Below, in pieces: positions 27,264 through 37,127 of a stretch of 64,000 bases of DNA. The stretch's first letter is position 1. Each line of letters starts with the position of its first letter. Where the stretch lies: positions 6,167 through 70,166 of IMG/VR virus record IMGVR_UViG_3300038393_003049. One strand, given 5' to 3'. Source of the DNA: a virus (taxonomy: Duplodnaviria > Caudoviricetes). A program made the translations under genes and the position numbers. Under the pieces are notes generated by a model. The model worked only from the letters and a program-made list of their open reading frames with translations. It made no database searches and was not told the DNA's origin.

Positions 27264-28466
27264 TCAGGAACCGTTGAGCTGCGCCAGCAGTCGCGCCCGC
27301 GTTGCCGCCGCATCGCTGGAACCGCCGGCCGGCGCCGCCGCGGAGGTCGCCGCCGCGGGGACAGGAGCCACCACGGCCGGCTGTGTGGGCGCGGCCGGCG
27401 CGGGAGTGGCCGGCGCCGGCTGCGTGACGGCCGCTGGCGGGCTCTGCGGGGCCGGCGGGGGAACGTCCTCGATCTCCTCCCGCAGGGCCGCCAGCGCGTC
27501 GCTGGGGACCTCCACGGCCGGCTGCGCCGGGCCGGCCGCCTGAGCGCCGCCGTCGCCGAGGAAGAAGTGGTTCAGGTAGTCCTCCGACCCGAGCCGCCCG
27601 ACGTGCGCCCGCAGCAACGGCACGCTCGGGTACAGCTCGGCCATGATGTCGGCGTCCCGCAGGTCCAGGACGACCTCCTGGCCGGTCTTGGGGTGCTTGA
27701 TCATGGTCGGGTCGTCGGCCGCGAACACGTACTTGGTGTCGGTGCCGCGGTACTTCCGGGTGATCAGCCACACCCGGTTGAGCAGGGTCGGGTCACGCCG
27801 GCTGACGGCGTTGATCGCCGCGGAGACCGCGACATCCCAGAAGTTCTCCTTGCCGAACTCGGCGAGCTGGATGTCCGGCACCCGCTCGGAGGTCTCCGCG
27901 CCGTCGCGGAAGACCTTGACCTCGCGGGTGGCGTCCTGCCAGCCGACGAAGTTGCCGGCCGCGTCCTTGACCTCCTCCTGGATGACGACCAGGCCGAAGG
28001 TCCGCAGGGACTTCTTGACCGGCCGGCCGTCGCCGTCCAGGAAGTCGTGGATCTGGCACCGCGCGGGGACGAGCCGGCCGGCCTCGTCCCGGGTGGCGAA
28101 GATCCGGTCGGTCCGGCAGGCCGCCGTCATCATCTTCGGCAGCTTCTCCTTGACCTGCTCGCCGTCCTTGTTCCGGACCATGCCCGGCCGCCGGCAGGCG
28201 GTGCGGGGGTGGACCAGGCAGGAGACGGTGAGCTGGACGTGCTCGGCGCCGGGCGTGCGCCGGATGTCGGTCAGGAACCGGACGGCCTTCGTTTCGCCCT
28301 CGATGCCCTCCTTGGCCTCCTTCAGCGAGAAGAACGGCAGGATGTCGAGACGGGATCCGCGGTTCGCGGCCTGCTCGGCGTAGAGCCGTTCCAGGGCGTC
28401 GTAACCCTCGGACTCCTCCCAGTTCAGGGTCTCTTCGATCGCGGGTGCTGTGGTCGCTTCGGTCAT
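27264..28466 (-). CDS. Putative single-stranded DNA-binding protein (gp32-like)
   Basis: K.VRFLTD, Cys/His cluster, ITRK..GTDTKY motif, low-complexity tail; sits beside dnaE. Confidence 0.6.
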   Translation of the reverse strand: MTEATTAPAIEETLNWEESEGYDALERLYAEQAANRGSRLDILPFFSLKEAKEGIEGETKAVRFLTDIRRTPGAEHVQLTVSCLVHPRTACRRPGMVRNKDGEQVKEKLPKMMTAACRTDRIFATRDEAGRLVPARCQIHDFLDGDGRPVKKSLRTFGLVVIQEEVKDAAGNFVGWQDATREVKVFRDGAETSERVPDIQLAEFGKENFWDVAVSAAINAVSRRDPTLLNRVWLITRKYRGTDTKYVFAADDPTMIKHPKTGQEVVLDLRDADIMAELYPSVPLLRAHVGRLGSEDYLNHFFLGDGGAQAAGPAQPAVEVPSDALAALREEIEDVPPPAPQSPPAAVTQPAPATPAPAAPTQPAVVAPVPAAATSAAAPAGGSSDAAATRARLLAQLNGS

Positions 28467-29152
28467 GCTGTTCTCCTCGACTTGACTCGGTTGGCTCGGT
28501 TGGCTCGGTGTGATCGGTATGCCGCAACGGCGGCGCGTGCCAGCGCCCACGTCGGACGCGAATCGAAGGGCAGGATCAGCACATCGACTCCGCCGACTCT
28601 GGCGTGTGCCGGATGCGGACCGGCACCTCCCGCGACGCCCACGGCTACCTGGGCGACGATTCCCTCTGCGTTCATGGCCCTGACGACCAGGGCCTGCCAT
28701 CTGGCCAGTCTGTGCTGGTCGGCGGACGCGCAACGCCAGAGGTAGTAGCCGTATCCGAACTGGCGGGACGTCCGTGCGCCATCCTCCTCCTCTAAGGAAC
28801 CTTTGACAACCTCCTCGGTTCGGATTCCCGTTGCCCGCAGCACCGCGGCGACGGCCGCATCCTGCTCGCCGGGTCCGACGAAACGGCGGCCCAGCGGCGT
28901 CCGGTCGTACCTGGCCCGGGACGCCCGGTCCAGAAGCTGGGTCAGGGCGCATGTCAGGTCCGCCGAGCCCGGCCCGCCGGCCCGCAGGTAGGCCCGGACC
29001 AACTCAGCCCGACTGGCCCCCGGAGGCACGCCGAGCGCGCGGTAGTAGCCGGCGGGATCGGGGTCGGGCACCCAGACGGTGCGGGTCAGGGCCGTGCAGG
29101 AGCTGAACTCCGCCGGCCCGTTGCCGGCCCGCACCGGGCGCCCGCCGGTCAC
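28463..29152 (-). CDS. Degenerate J-domain protein
   Basis: DP.GYYRALGV.PGASRAELVRAY...L.D...RARYD; lacks HPD. Confidence 0.6.
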   Translation of the reverse strand: MTGGRPVRAGNGPAEFSSCTALTRTVWVPDPDPAGYYRALGVPPGASRAELVRAYLRAGGPGSADLTCALTQLLDRASRARYDRTPLGRRFVGPGEQDAAVAAVLRATGIRTEEVVKGSLEEEDGARTSRQFGYGYYLWRCASADQHRLARWQALVVRAMNAEGIVAQVAVGVAGGAGPHPAHARVGGVDVLILPFDSRPTWALARAAVAAYRSHRANRANRVKSRRTA

Positions 29153-30288
29153 GCCGCACACCGGCCTTCGTGGGTGCTGCGGCACGTCCAGCACCGCAGT
29201 ACCTCCGGCGGGCGCCACTGCACGTAGCTGGTCGCCGACAGCACCAACTCCCGGGCCGACTCGTCGTCCATGTCCGCCGGGTCGGCCGCCCAGTCGGACG
29301 GCACAACCAACACCTCCGAGTACGGTGCCAGCCCTTCAGCCAGCCCCGGATGCCGCTCGCCTTGCGGGTCGACCCATCCCTGGACGGCCCGCCAGCCGGC
29401 ATCATCGTTGTCCATCCAGAGCAAGACCGTCTCGTACTCGGCAAGGAGGAGGATCTGCTGCCGGGTGACCTTCGCTCCGAAGGTGGCCACCATCGGCAGG
29501 TGATGGAAGTGCCGGGCCACGCTCATCGGCGACTCGACGACGATCGCGAGCCGACGGCGCGGGTCGTGCCGGTACAGGGTGCGCCCACGCCAGTCGCCGG
29601 TCGAAGACACGTACTTCGGCGTCCCGTCGTCGGCCAGCCGGCGCGTCTGCCAGCCGACAAGGGAACCCCGCCAGAAGTGCGGGATGACGATCCGCTCGGA
29701 CTCCACGTACCGCGGCTCGCCGCCGGCCGCCGCGTCGTCATCGTCGTCCACTCGCACCGGGAACCGTCGGGCGTACCCCAGCTCCAGGTCGATGACGTTC
29801 TGCCGCGGGATCCCGCGGCCGGGGCCGGGCGGCGGGGCGTTGGTCGGCAGGGTGAGCCACGGGTGGATCTTGCGCCACGGGTCGAGCGCTCGCGGCGACA
29901 TCTTCGGCAACGGCTCGACCCGGGGCTTCTCCTGCTCGTAGATCGCCTTGATCAGCCTGATCAGGTCCGGCAGCTCGGCCTCCGCAGACTGACCGGTCTT
30001 GCCGTCCAGCCAGTCCCGGGCCGAACGACCGTCGGCGCCCTCCCGGCACATCGCGATGAACCACAGCAGGCCACCGGACGACTGGCACCCCAAACACGAA
30101 TAGACCATCTTTGAGTAGTTTAGTGACGCACTGGGGTGATTCTCGTCATGCCAGGGCAGCACGCAGCAGTGCTCGATCTCGTGCGCGTCCCGGCGGACCC
30201 GGACCTTCCTGGCGCCGAACTCGACCAGCAACTCCCGGCACATGTCGAGCTTGACTTCGAGCGGGAGGAGGGTCGGGGTGAACGTCAT
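29149..30288 (-). CDS. DNA primase (CHC2 zinc finger + TOPRIM)
   Basis: CCVLPWH.E.HPS...YSCLGC; VVESPMS; WMDNDDAG. Confidence 0.85.
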   Translation of the reverse strand: MTFTPTLLPLEVKLDMCRELLVEFGARKVRVRRDAHEIEHCCVLPWHDENHPSASLNYSKMVYSCLGCQSSGGLLWFIAMCREGADGRSARDWLDGKTGQSAEAELPDLIRLIKAIYEQEKPRVEPLPKMSPRALDPWRKIHPWLTLPTNAPPPGPGRGIPRQNVIDLELGYARRFPVRVDDDDDAAAGGEPRYVESERIVIPHFWRGSLVGWQTRRLADDGTPKYVSSTGDWRGRTLYRHDPRRRLAIVVESPMSVARHFHHLPMVATFGAKVTRQQILLLAEYETVLLWMDNDDAGWRAVQGWVDPQGERHPGLAEGLAPYSEVLVVPSDWAADPADMDDESARELVLSATSYVQWRPPEVLRCWTCRSTHEGRCAA

Positions 30289-30869
30289 CAGGATGCCGTC
30301 CTTTGCCGGTAGGAGCGGCTGGCCCGGCGAGCCTCCGACACAGCGCCATCCACAACCCCCAGGCCACGACAGGCGCCGTGCTCGCGCAACCCGGACTGAA
30401 GCAGTGCGGCGATGAACCGGCCGTCGCGCTCGCCCGGCATGACGGCCGACTCGCGCAGCACGCCGAGACCGCGCCCCCGCGGGATCAGCACGCCCCAGCC
30501 ATCGGGCAGCGGATCGTCGTCGCGCAGGATCGAACGGTCGCCGACGACCAGCCACCATCGGTCGCACCGACGCCAGCCGGCCTCGCCCTTGCCGGGTTGG
30601 CGCAGTTCGGCCAGCAGGTCGGCACGGGACGCCTTGATCTCGAACCCGTGGATCAGATGCCCGGCCCCACCCCAGATGCCGACGGCCACGGCGTCGATCC
30701 GGCGCCGCCGGTAGCGCGCTCGGGCGGCCAGGTCGGACTGCTCGGGGTCGAACGAGTCAACCGGCACTTCGAACAGCACCAGATGCTCCGGGATGCGCAC
30801 CATGGGCGTCGTCCGGCCGTACCTGGTGCGCAGCCGACGGCGAAGCTCTGCGGCGGTCAGCGCGGTCAT
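30288..30869 (-). CDS. MmcB-like PD-(D/E)xK protein
   Basis: FEV...RRIDAVAV...GFEIKASRADLLAEL..P.K......CDRWWLV. Confidence 0.65.
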   Translation of the reverse strand: MTALTAAELRRRLRTRYGRTTPMVRIPEHLVLFEVPVDSFDPEQSDLAARARYRRRRIDAVAVGIWGGAGHLIHGFEIKASRADLLAELRQPGKGEAGWRRCDRWWLVVGDRSILRDDDPLPDGWGVLIPRGRGLGVLRESAVMPGERDGRFIAALLQSGLREHGACRGLGVVDGAVSEARRASRSYRQRTAS

Positions 30870-31507
30870 GCCGCACTCGCCAGATTCGCCAGACGAGCCC
30901 TCAGCACGCCCCTGGCGCCCGTCCGCTGGTCCCGCCACAGGTAGCCGGGGTTGGTCTCGAAGTGCCCGCGACGAACCATCTCGGGGTCGCTGAGACCGCC
31001 CCAGAACCGCAGCACCACGTACCGGCGCTGATCCGGGCGCAGCGAGTTGAGCGCCAGCATGATCTCGCCGTGGTGGTAGGCCAGCTCCAGGCTCTCGGCC
31101 ACGTCGGCGGCCGAGAGCATCCACATGATCGAATCGCTATCACCGCCCTCGGCCAGCAGCTCGTCGAGCGACATCGCGGGGGACGCCTTCTCGGCCACTG
31201 GCTGCGGCCCGTACCTGGGCGGCCGGCCGAGCCAGGTGCCGGCGCGACGCACCACGTCGGCCATCCGCAATTTGGCCGCCGTGGTCAGCCAGCTCGGCAA
31301 CGCCCCCTTGCTCGGGTCGTAGGCGGCCATCGCCCGCCACATCGCCACCCGGCCCTCCTGGACCAGGTCGTCGTGGTACGCCTCGTCCCGGCCCGGCGGC
31401 TGGAACACGTACGCCACCTTGTGCAACCACCGCTCGTACGCCGGCAGCGTCACCTCGGCGTCGAGATCGTGACGGACGTCGCCGTAGCCGTCGTCGATGG
31501 CAGTCAT
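30866..31507 (-). CDS. Sigma-70 family (ECF-like) RNA polymerase sigma factor
   Basis: DDLVQEG..AMW.A...YDPSKG....W region 2; L..L.PDQR....LRF region 4. Confidence 0.85.
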   Translation of the reverse strand: MTAIDDGYGDVRHDLDAEVTLPAYERWLHKVAYVFQPPGRDEAYHDDLVQEGRVAMWRAMAAYDPSKGALPSWLTTAAKLRMADVVRRAGTWLGRPPRYGPQPVAEKASPAMSLDELLAEGGDSDSIMWMLSAADVAESLELAYHHGEIMLALNSLRPDQRRYVVLRFWGGLSDPEMVRRGHFETNPGYLWRDQRTGARGVLRARLANLASAA

Positions 31508-32820
31508 CAGGCCGCCTCGGCAAGCGGTCCGCGGACCGAGATCCGGCCGACGTCCACATTCCAGTCGAGCAGCCAGCCGAGCCCCGGCGGAACCCGGCGG
31601 GCGGCCAGCACCTGGAGGTTGGCCAGCCCGCACGCCTGCTCGTCCTGGGAGGCGTACAGCCCGAGCAGCGGCTCAGCCGAACGCTCCACTTCGGAGGAAT
31701 CGGCAGCGTGCCGCTTCTCCAGCCGGTTCGTCTTCTCCAGTGCTTCTTCGCCGGCCCGGTTGATCTGGTGAATGAGCATGCAGGACAGCGGGTTGCGGCC
31801 GGTGGAGATCGCGGTCTTGAGCCCCTTGATGATGTGCGCAAGCTCGTTCGTCCGGCTCCAGTTGCTCCTGGTCCTGCCGACCTCCAGGTGCGAGAGCTGG
31901 TCGACGATCAGACTGTCGGCGTCGAAGGAGCGGGCCTGCGCCACGATCGCCTGCGGGGTGCGCAGATCGTCGTCCGGGCAGGCGATCCGAAGCGGCACGT
32001 CACTCGCGCGCATCTCATCGTGTACCCAGGTCTTGAGCCGGTCGTAGTCCTCGGCGGAGAGCCGGCCGGTCTGCAGTTCCTCGATCGAGAGCCCGGTGGC
32101 GATGCACGCCAGTCGCAACTCCGTCATCTCGATGGAGTTCTCCAGCGTGTAGACGCAGACCGCGCGACCACGCTTCCACTCGTTGAGCGCGACGAAGTTA
32201 GCAAAGTAGCTCTTGCCCATCTTCGGTGGCGCGCACAAGGTGCACAGCTCACCCGGCCAGATGCCGAGCAGCCGTTCGTCGACCTCCGGCAGGCCGAGCG
32301 TCATGCCGCGGACCGGGTTGCCGCTGGCGGCGATCTGGTCGTACCGGGCCAGCATCCCGACCATGCTCTCCCGAGCGTCCACAACGGACGTGCGCGGCTG
32401 CATGCTCTGGGCCACACCGATCATCTCGGTGGCCACGGCTGTGAATACCTCGACCCGCTGGCCGCGGGGGGCCGCCGCCATCTGCTCCGCGATCTTGATA
32501 GACAGCCGCTGAGCGACCAGCCGGACGTAATCCTCCTTGAGGGTGTCGATCACGTACTCGGCCGACTCCTCCGGCTCGTCCTCCGGCCGGTCGCTCAGCT
32601 CGATCTCGTGATCGGCCAACAGGTCGCCGAATTCCTCGACGATGACCGCCGCGTTCGGCCCCTGACCGGACCGGCCGTAGTAGTCCAAGCACCACTGGAC
32701 CAGCGGGTGGTACTCCTTGGTCGGGACGATGTCCAGGCTCAGGCCCTCGCGAACCAGCATGGCCATCGCGTCGTCGTACGGCAGCCAGCGCAGCAGAGTC
32801 TTCTCGGCAAGCCGGCTCAC
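31507..32820 (-). CDS. dnaB: DnaB-like replicative helicase
   Basis: GLPEVD...GIWPGEL....APPKMGKS, TLE, IVDQL, HQINR, SSEVERSA. Confidence 0.9.
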   Translation of the reverse strand: MSRLAEKTLLRWLPYDDAMAMLVREGLSLDIVPTKEYHPLVQWCLDYYGRSGQGPNAAVIVEEFGDLLADHEIELSDRPEDEPEESAEYVIDTLKEDYVRLVAQRLSIKIAEQMAAAPRGQRVEVFTAVATEMIGVAQSMQPRTSVVDARESMVGMLARYDQIAASGNPVRGMTLGLPEVDERLLGIWPGELCTLCAPPKMGKSYFANFVALNEWKRGRAVCVYTLENSIEMTELRLACIATGLSIEELQTGRLSAEDYDRLKTWVHDEMRASDVPLRIACPDDDLRTPQAIVAQARSFDADSLIVDQLSHLEVGRTRSNWSRTNELAHIIKGLKTAISTGRNPLSCMLIHQINRAGEEALEKTNRLEKRHAADSSEVERSAEPLLGLYASQDEQACGLANLQVLAARRVPPGLGWLLDWNVDVGRISVRGPLAEAA

Positions 32821-33683
32821 GAGCAGACCACCGGCCGGGTCAGCCCTTGCGCGACCTCGTCCTCCAGGCGCACCTGGGCCGCGGGGCGGTAGTCGGTCGC
32901 GGTGGCCGGGAAGTCGACGACAAGCGCGGCCTCGGCCAGCACGCTGACGACGTGCCCGCCGTACCCGCTGGCGATCTCGGCCTGAGTGAGGTTGGTGGTC
33001 AGGAGCGTCGGCAGGGCGTGCTGGCAGCGGTGCCGGACCAGATCCTCCAGCGCCGAGCCGGCGACGCTGATCCGGCCCCGCTGCTCGCGCCCCAGGTCGT
33101 CGATGAGCAGCACCTGGGCGTTGCGGATCCGGGCCACGAAGTCGGCGCGGGCGGCCGGCGACGGCCAGCCGTCGGTGTAGGCGTCCAGCAAGGCGCTGAA
33201 TGTCGTCATGTAGCCGTGCACGCCGTGGTTGCAGATCAAGTCCTTCAGCACCAGTGCGGCACACATCGTCTTGCCGACCCCGCGGGCCTCGCCGGAGAGC
33301 ACGAGCCCGATGCCGGCGTGGACGTAGCGCTCGACATTGTCGGCGTACCGGGTCACCCGGGCGAACGGCTCCGGCGGGATGCCGTTCCCGTCATCCCAGT
33401 CGAGCCGCTGCAGCGCCAGTCCGATGCCGCTGTGCAGCATGCGGCGGTACAGGATGAACTGCTTGGCGCAGGGACAGCGGTAGTCGCGCACCTCGGCCCT
33501 GCCCGGGCCGTACCAGCGGAACCGCTTCGCGCCTCGGCAGGTGACGCAGTCCTTCGGGGTCTGGTTCGCCGAGGGGTACCGACCGGCCAGCCATTCGCGC
33601 TCGGCATCGGTCAGCGTGAGGCGGTAGACGTTGTCGGGAACTGGGAACTCGGGGAGAGCGAGAGTTGAGCCCACGGGCGTCAC
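32817..33683 (-). CDS. DnaC/IstB-like AAA+ helicase loader
   Basis: N-terminal CxxC..CxC; G.RGVGKT; LLIDDLGRE; TTNL. Confidence 0.85.
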   Translation of the reverse strand: MTPVGSTLALPEFPVPDNVYRLTLTDAEREWLAGRYPSANQTPKDCVTCRGAKRFRWYGPGRAEVRDYRCPCAKQFILYRRMLHSGIGLALQRLDWDDGNGIPPEPFARVTRYADNVERYVHAGIGLVLSGEARGVGKTMCAALVLKDLICNHGVHGYMTTFSALLDAYTDGWPSPAARADFVARIRNAQVLLIDDLGREQRGRISVAGSALEDLVRHRCQHALPTLLTTNLTQAEIASGYGGHVVSVLAEAALVVDFPATATDYRPAAQVRLEDEVAQGLTRPVVCS

Positions 33684-33766
33684 TTCCTGGCGGGATGTCG
33701 GCTAGGTGTCGTGGTGTCCCATCCGTCAGGGACGGATGGGACGATCTCGAACCTAGCTTAGCACTC

Positions 33767-33782
33767 TCTAAGCGATGTTAGA
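33767..33782. promoter_or_regulatory. Operator TCTAA-N6-TTAGA
   Basis: TCTAA-GCGATG-TTAGA upstream of the dnaC-like gene. Confidence 0.6.
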
Positions 33783-34244
33783 GTCCGCCTTCGAAGACTG
33801 AACCGCGCGGGCCGCCAGCACCTGCTCAGCGAGCGGGTGGGCGAAGAACCGATCAGAGCCGGCGCAGAACCGCTCCACCCGGATCGGCGAGCCCTCCCAC
33901 CAACCGTCGTTCGGCTTGGCGAACGCCCGTCGGGCGATGAGCACGCCGGCCGGTGCCGGCCACCGGGCCAGGAACCCCTTGAAAATCCCCGACTCCTTGG
34001 TGGCGTCGCGCGGCAGCTCTACCCCCGCGGGCAACCGCGACCAGATCTCGTAGATCACGAAGTCGCGCAGGTCCGCCCAGCTCCACTCCGCGTCGGGCCG
34101 AGTCAGGTACCCCCTTGCCGCGGGAGCAAGCGGTCGCACCGCGACCTGCTGCGTCACCGTCGGGACAGCGGTCACGATCCCGACACTGGCCATGGTTCCC
34201 TGGGTCATCTGGCACCCCGTCCGCTCGGTAGGCCTCCATGACAT
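33768..34244 (-). CDS. Hypothetical protein
   Basis: W.W.DLRDFV motif; start uncertain. Confidence 0.55.
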   Translation of the reverse strand: MSWRPTERTGCQMTQGTMASVGIVTAVPTVTQQVAVRPLAPAARGYLTRPDAEWSWADLRDFVIYEIWSRLPAGVELPRDATKESGIFKGFLARWPAPAGVLIARRAFAKPNDGWWEGSPIRVERFCAGSDRFFAHPLAEQVLAARAVQSSKADSNIA

Positions 34245-34377
34245 GAGGGGAGAGGAATCCCCTGCGGCGTAAGGCTTTTCTTGAGACCGGCGTCCTTAGT
34301 GGTCGGTCCGCAGAGGGGCACCGTAGCACGCGACAGGAGCGAAGCTCTCCCGCTCCGGGAGGGCGGGCGGGCGCCCG

Positions 34378-35277
34378 CTAGGGCTGCGGCCAGAGGGTGC
34401 CTTCGACCAGCCGGCGCAGCACCGAGCGCAGTTCGTACTGGTCGAGGAAGGCCAGCAGGGCGTCCCACAGCGCGTCGGCGATGCCAGTTGGGCGGAACGC
34501 GGCCGGCGGGGCGAGCGACAGCCCCATTTGTGCGTACGGCGTGGTGCGCAGGTCGACCAGCCGACGGGTCAGCTCGGCGGTCTCCCGCCAGCCCTCACGG
34601 TCCGGCTGAGCCTCGAACGAGGCCAGCAGGGCGTCCCAGTCCCAGTCGACCGCAGAAAGCATCTTGACGGCCTTCACAGGCCCGATCTTGGGCAGTCCCG
34701 GGCACCCGTCGCCCGGGTCGCCGGCCAGCCCGAACACCGCCGGCAGATGGCGCACGTCCGGCACTCGGTACCGCTCGCACACCCGGGCAGCGTCCCAGCG
34801 GTCGGTCGCGTTGTCGCCAGTGGCGATCTTCACCTGGATCACCCGGTCGCCCACGAGCTGGAGCAGGTCGTGGTCGGAGGACACGATGACGACCTCGTCC
34901 TGCGGGCCGGCCGCCGCGCAGTAAGCGGCGACCAGGTCATCTGCCTCCCAGCCGGCCCGCTCGACGTGCTGGACGTTGCTCAGCGTCAGCCAACGCTTGA
35001 CCAGCCCGTGCGGGCGGACGCCGTCGCCGGCATCGGTGCGCGGCGGCCGGTTCCCCTTGTAACCGGGGTACAGCTCGGTGCGGAAGGTCGATCTTCCGCC
35101 GTCCCAGCAGACGACCAGCCGGTCCGGGCGCTCCTCGCGCGCATGCCGGGACAGGCAGTTGATGAACACGAGCAACGCGGCGGTCGGCACCCCGCCAGCA
35201 CTCAACGGAGCACGCTGGGTGGCGAACTCCGCCCGGACGAGCAGGTTGTCGCCGTCCAGGAGCAGCAGACGGGCCAC
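34378..35277 (-). CDS. 5'-3' exonuclease / flap endonuclease (PolA N-terminal-like)
   Basis: LLDGDNLL, VCWDGGRSTFR..LYPGYKGNR, EADD, SSDHDLLQL, GDPGDG.PG.PKIG. Confidence 0.92.
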   Translation of the reverse strand: MARLLLLDGDNLLVRAEFATQRAPLSAGGVPTAALLVFINCLSRHAREERPDRLVVCWDGGRSTFRTELYPGYKGNRPPRTDAGDGVRPHGLVKRWLTLSNVQHVERAGWEADDLVAAYCAAAGPQDEVVIVSSDHDLLQLVGDRVIQVKIATGDNATDRWDAARVCERYRVPDVRHLPAVFGLAGDPGDGCPGLPKIGPVKAVKMLSAVDWDWDALLASFEAQPDREGWRETAELTRRLVDLRTTPYAQMGLSLAPPAAFRPTGIADALWDALLAFLDQYELRSVLRRLVEGTLWPQP

Positions 35278-35284
35278 CGGTCGG

Positions 35285-35764
35285 TCAGACGCCGGAGGCG
35301 GCCGCGGTGTACGCCCGCGCCCACACCTGGACCAGGATGGCCCGCGCCTTGTCCGGGGCGATCGACTCGTGCTTGATCATGCCGCGCACGATGTCGTAGA
35401 TGTCGCGCAAGGTGTAGCTGCGAGCGGCGGCGTCGGTCCGCCTGCCGATCTGCCGGCCGTCGGCGGCCAGGGCGAAGTGCGCAACCATCCGCCGGCCGGT
35501 GCCGGCCTGGACGAACGTCTCGGTCACGACCCGGCCGATGTGCCCGGACTTCTCCGCCCACCGGAACTGGTAGGTACGGACACCGAGAAACTCGGCGCAC
35601 AACCGGCCGACGGGGTATGCCGGCCCCCAGTCCGGCTCGTTGGAGAGCAACGCGCGGCGGCCGGCCACCACGATCGCGGACGCGCCCTCCAGCGCCGAGA
35701 CCTCGATCCCGCTCGGCTGCCTGACGCGCCGTGCCGTAGTCTTCTTCGTCGTCGTCATGGTCAT
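35285..35764 (-). CDS. Putative HTH DNA-binding protein
   Basis: MerR-like pattern ending RSYTLRDI. Confidence 0.45.
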   Translation of the reverse strand: MTMTTTKKTTARRVRQPSGIEVSALEGASAIVVAGRRALLSNEPDWGPAYPVGRLCAEFLGVRTYQFRWAEKSGHIGRVVTETFVQAGTGRRMVAHFALAADGRQIGRRTDAAARSYTLRDIYDIVRGMIKHESIAPDKARAILVQVWARAYTAAASGV

Positions 35765-36504
35765 CCCTGCGTGCGGTCGGGTTGGGGCTGCACGACTGCG
35801 GTCTTCGGTTCGGTGACCGTCGCGTGTTCAGCCAAGATCTGGGCCAGCGCCGGGTCAGCGACCACGGCGGCCGGCAGCTTGGCCGGGTCGAAGACCCGGC
35901 GCTCGACCGTCACCGCGAGGTACTGCTTGCGGGTGAGGTGGCCGGCGTCGTAGGCGGCCCGGAGCGCCGCGTCGGTGATCGAGACCTTGCCGCCGCGTAG
36001 CGTTCTGGTCACCTTCCGGCCGGTGCCCGGGACGGACACCTCACCTTCCAGCAGGTAGTGCCCGGAATCGCTGCGCGGAGTGGCGGGATGCCCGTTGCGG
36101 GCCTCGGCGAAGGCCTGCCCGGTGCGCTCGGCGATGCGGTCCAGGTCGTTGGCCAGGATCTCGCGGATCGTCTCGACCCGCGACTTCAGGGCCGCGAGGG
36201 CGGATACCGCGTCCCGCTCGGCCAGCAGCGTCACCCGCTCCTCACCGCTCAGCTCGCGGGCCTCAGCGGGGTGGACCTTGCCGTAGACGTCAATGAGGGC
36301 GTCCAGCGCCGCGAGCTGCGCCGGCTTCAGCGGAACGAGCGGCGGCACCTTGGCCCGCGCCTCGACCGCCGCCGGCTGCTCCGGCTTCGCCAGCCGCTCG
36401 ATGATCGACTCGACGCTTTCGCCCCCGGCCAGGGCGCGCACGATCTCCGCCTTGGCGGCGGCATCGGCCACGGGAACCAGGTCAGTCGACGGCGCAGCGG
36501 ACAT
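35761..36504 (-). CDS. Hypothetical protein (coiled-coil)
   Basis: ATG with GAAGGAG RBS; first gene downstream of an operator pair. Confidence 0.6.
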   Translation of the reverse strand: MSAAPSTDLVPVADAAAKAEIVRALAGGESVESIIERLAKPEQPAAVEARAKVPPLVPLKPAQLAALDALIDVYGKVHPAEARELSGEERVTLLAERDAVSALAALKSRVETIREILANDLDRIAERTGQAFAEARNGHPATPRSDSGHYLLEGEVSVPGTGRKVTRTLRGGKVSITDAALRAAYDAGHLTRKQYLAVTVERRVFDPAKLPAAVVADPALAQILAEHATVTEPKTAVVQPQPDRTQG

Positions 36505-36555
36505 GCGGTCTCCTTCAGCTCTAACTTCTCCGACTTGATCAGTCTATAGGATTTC

Positions 36556-36927
36556 TTAGAGTGCTGGCAATACTCCGCCAACGAAGTCAGGTCGCTGCGT
36601 TTCCCGACCAGGCTTGCTGATCACGGTCTCGACCAGATCGAACACGTCGATCTCGACGGCGCCCCGACGAACGGCTTCGGCCCGCTTCGGCGCGGTGACG
36701 TCGTAGTGCCAACCGCCAGGCACCGAGTATTTGGCCGGCCGGCCGCCGACGGCGGGAACGTAGTCCGGCTGGAACCACTGCCGGCGCAGGCCGATCGACT
36801 GCCGCCGTCCGGGATCGGCAACCCCAGGAGGCCGTCGTCGGTCCGCACGATCGTCTTGTCTGGGCAGGCCTCCGAGTCGGGGTGCCGGGTGCAGGGGGCC
36901 AGGAGCGCGGCCATCGTCGAGCAACAC
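36556..36927 (-). CDS. DUF4031-like protein (N-terminus possibly degraded)
   Basis: IGLRRQWFQ...WHYDVT..KRAEAVRRGAVEI. Confidence 0.5.
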   Translation of the reverse strand: MLLDDGRAPGPLHPAPRLGGLPRQDDRADRRRPPGVADPGRRQSIGLRRQWFQPDYVPAVGGRPAKYSVPGGWHYDVTAPKRAEAVRRGAVEIDVFDLVETVISKPGRETQRPDFVGGVLPAL

Positions 36928-37127
36928 GACGACGGCGCCGGGGGCGGGTTGATCACCGGGCGCTCTGGGCGGACGTGGAGACGGTCGGGCGCAGGTGCAT
37001 CACGGTCAGGGTGTGGTGCCCGACGTAGGGCACCAGCACCGCGGCGAGGGTGGCGGCGGCGAACAGCCGGCGGACGGTCTGGCCGAACTCCGAGACGGCG
37101 ATGCGGATAGCGGACATGAGGGGCCTC

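Noticed and set aside
24913-27543. 876-aa plus-strand ORF
   Set aside because: Antisense shadow of dnaE; the same applies to the long ORFs opposite dinG, dnaB and the UDG fusion.
28791-28831. Promoter at TTGACA 28803
   Set aside because: No -10 box at a suitable distance and it lies inside a minus-strand gene; kept only as an operator-like match.
32190-32230. Recoded patch at the DnaB P-loop (and a mild one at dnaE 25700-25745)
   Set aside because: Only two to four A/T-ending codons, too weak to separate from noise.
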